From Patescibacteria group bacterium (GTDB lineage Bacteria > Patescibacteriota > Minisyncoccia > Phycocordibacterales > UBA2100), in the NCBI GenBank assembly GCA_038064835.1, contig JBBTSD010000001.1, positions 28,422-92,421 of the forward strand: 64,000 nucleotides of DNA, written 5' to 3'. Shown here piece by piece: positions 63,449-64,000 of this stretch; positions within the stretch are counted from its first letter, which is position 1; each line of letters starts with the position of its first letter. The notes beneath the pieces are model-generated. The model was not told the origin of the DNA. It searched no databases and saw only the letters and a list, made by a program, of their open reading frames with translations. The position numbers and the translations under genes are program-made.

Positions 63449-64000
63449 ATGCTTAGTCGAAAAGAAGTTGCATTTATACTACTGGTCATCATCTCGTCTT
63501 TTGCAGGTCACCAGTATGTCCAAGAGCTACGGACAAAGAACATAGCAGATTTCTACACCATCATCGAAAACCAAGAGAAGATTAAGGATGATGTTCCGAT
63601 CACTCCTGAAGACTTCTCAGCAATTCAACAGTGCGGGAGGGTTGCAAAAAGTAGCGGCGCCAGCATGGAAGAGTGCGCGCGTGATTTTTATGATAAGTAC
63701 ACCATGAAGCACGGTGGAGAGGCGGCATTTGCGCACCTGGCTCGACTCCAAAAGGAGCATCCCGATCTACTGCCAAGTTGCCATTACATCTCCCATGGTA
63801 TTGGGCATGCAGTTTTGCGCCAGAATAATAACGACCCTTACAAAGCTTTTGCTTTTATGCAGTCAGGAGGATATTTCAAGAATGTAGTTACCTGCGGGAA
63901 CGGCTTTTTCCACGGTGTTATCGAAGAAATTGCAAAAAAAATTAAGGACAAAGATCAGCTTGTTGAGGTGTTGGGTTCTGTATGCGCAAATGAGAAGATA
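63449..64000 (+). CDS. Membrane-anchored Cys/His-rich protein (3' truncated), paralogue of 48700-49914
   Basis: Not in the ORF track. Translated by hand as MLSRKEVAFILLVIISSF...CHYISHGIGH...CGNGFFHGVIE..., open to the window end. Confidence 0.75.
   Translation, partial: MLSRKEVAFILLVIISSFAGHQYVQELRTKNIADFYTIIENQEKIKDDVPITPEDFSAIQQCGRVAKSSGASMEECARDFYDKYTMKHGGEAAFAHLARLQKEHPDLLPSCHYISHGIGHAVLRQNNNDPYKAFAFMQSGGYFKNVVTCGNGFFHGVIEEIAKKIKDKDQLVEVLGSVCANEKI

Noticed and set aside
1-64000. Alternative genetic code (TGA = Gly)
   Set aside because: recJ, lipB, sagB and the YcaO fusion end at TGA at the expected C-termini, and long genes are intact under code 11.

Overview
Bacterial chromosomal DNA that looks like Patescibacteria (CPR), probably Parcubacteria. 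This is inferred from the L28, S12 and EF-G sequence style, the Cys-rich surface proteins and the compact layout. TGA is used as a stop, so code 11. The first 24.4 kb is one 5'-truncated giant ORF (>8,100 aa) in which repeated linkers join many enzyme- or toxin-like domains: CheD/CNF1-like deamidase, receiver, three kinase-like domains, GNAT, HExxH, alpha/beta-hydrolase, TIKI/TraB-like and a putative RNase. The middle holds surface proteins, recJ, rnhA, a LipB plus 2-oxoacid dehydrogenase E1/E2 block between two SPFH genes, mscL, a split comEC, sod and rpmB. The most striking feature is a RiPP-like cluster of about 7.2 kb sitting between rpsG and fusA in the str operon. It encodes a SagB-type dehydrogenase, a stand-alone YcaO, an AMMECR1/helical/YcaO fusion, and a membrane-targeted precursor candidate whose 98-aa core has 22 Cys and 19 Ser. 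A PRTase/beta-propeller fusion and an HTTM/gamma-carboxylase-like gene follow fusA. At least 11 genes appear leaderless. No rRNA, tRNA, CRISPR array or transposase was recognised. All domain calls come from motifs read by eye, not from database searches.
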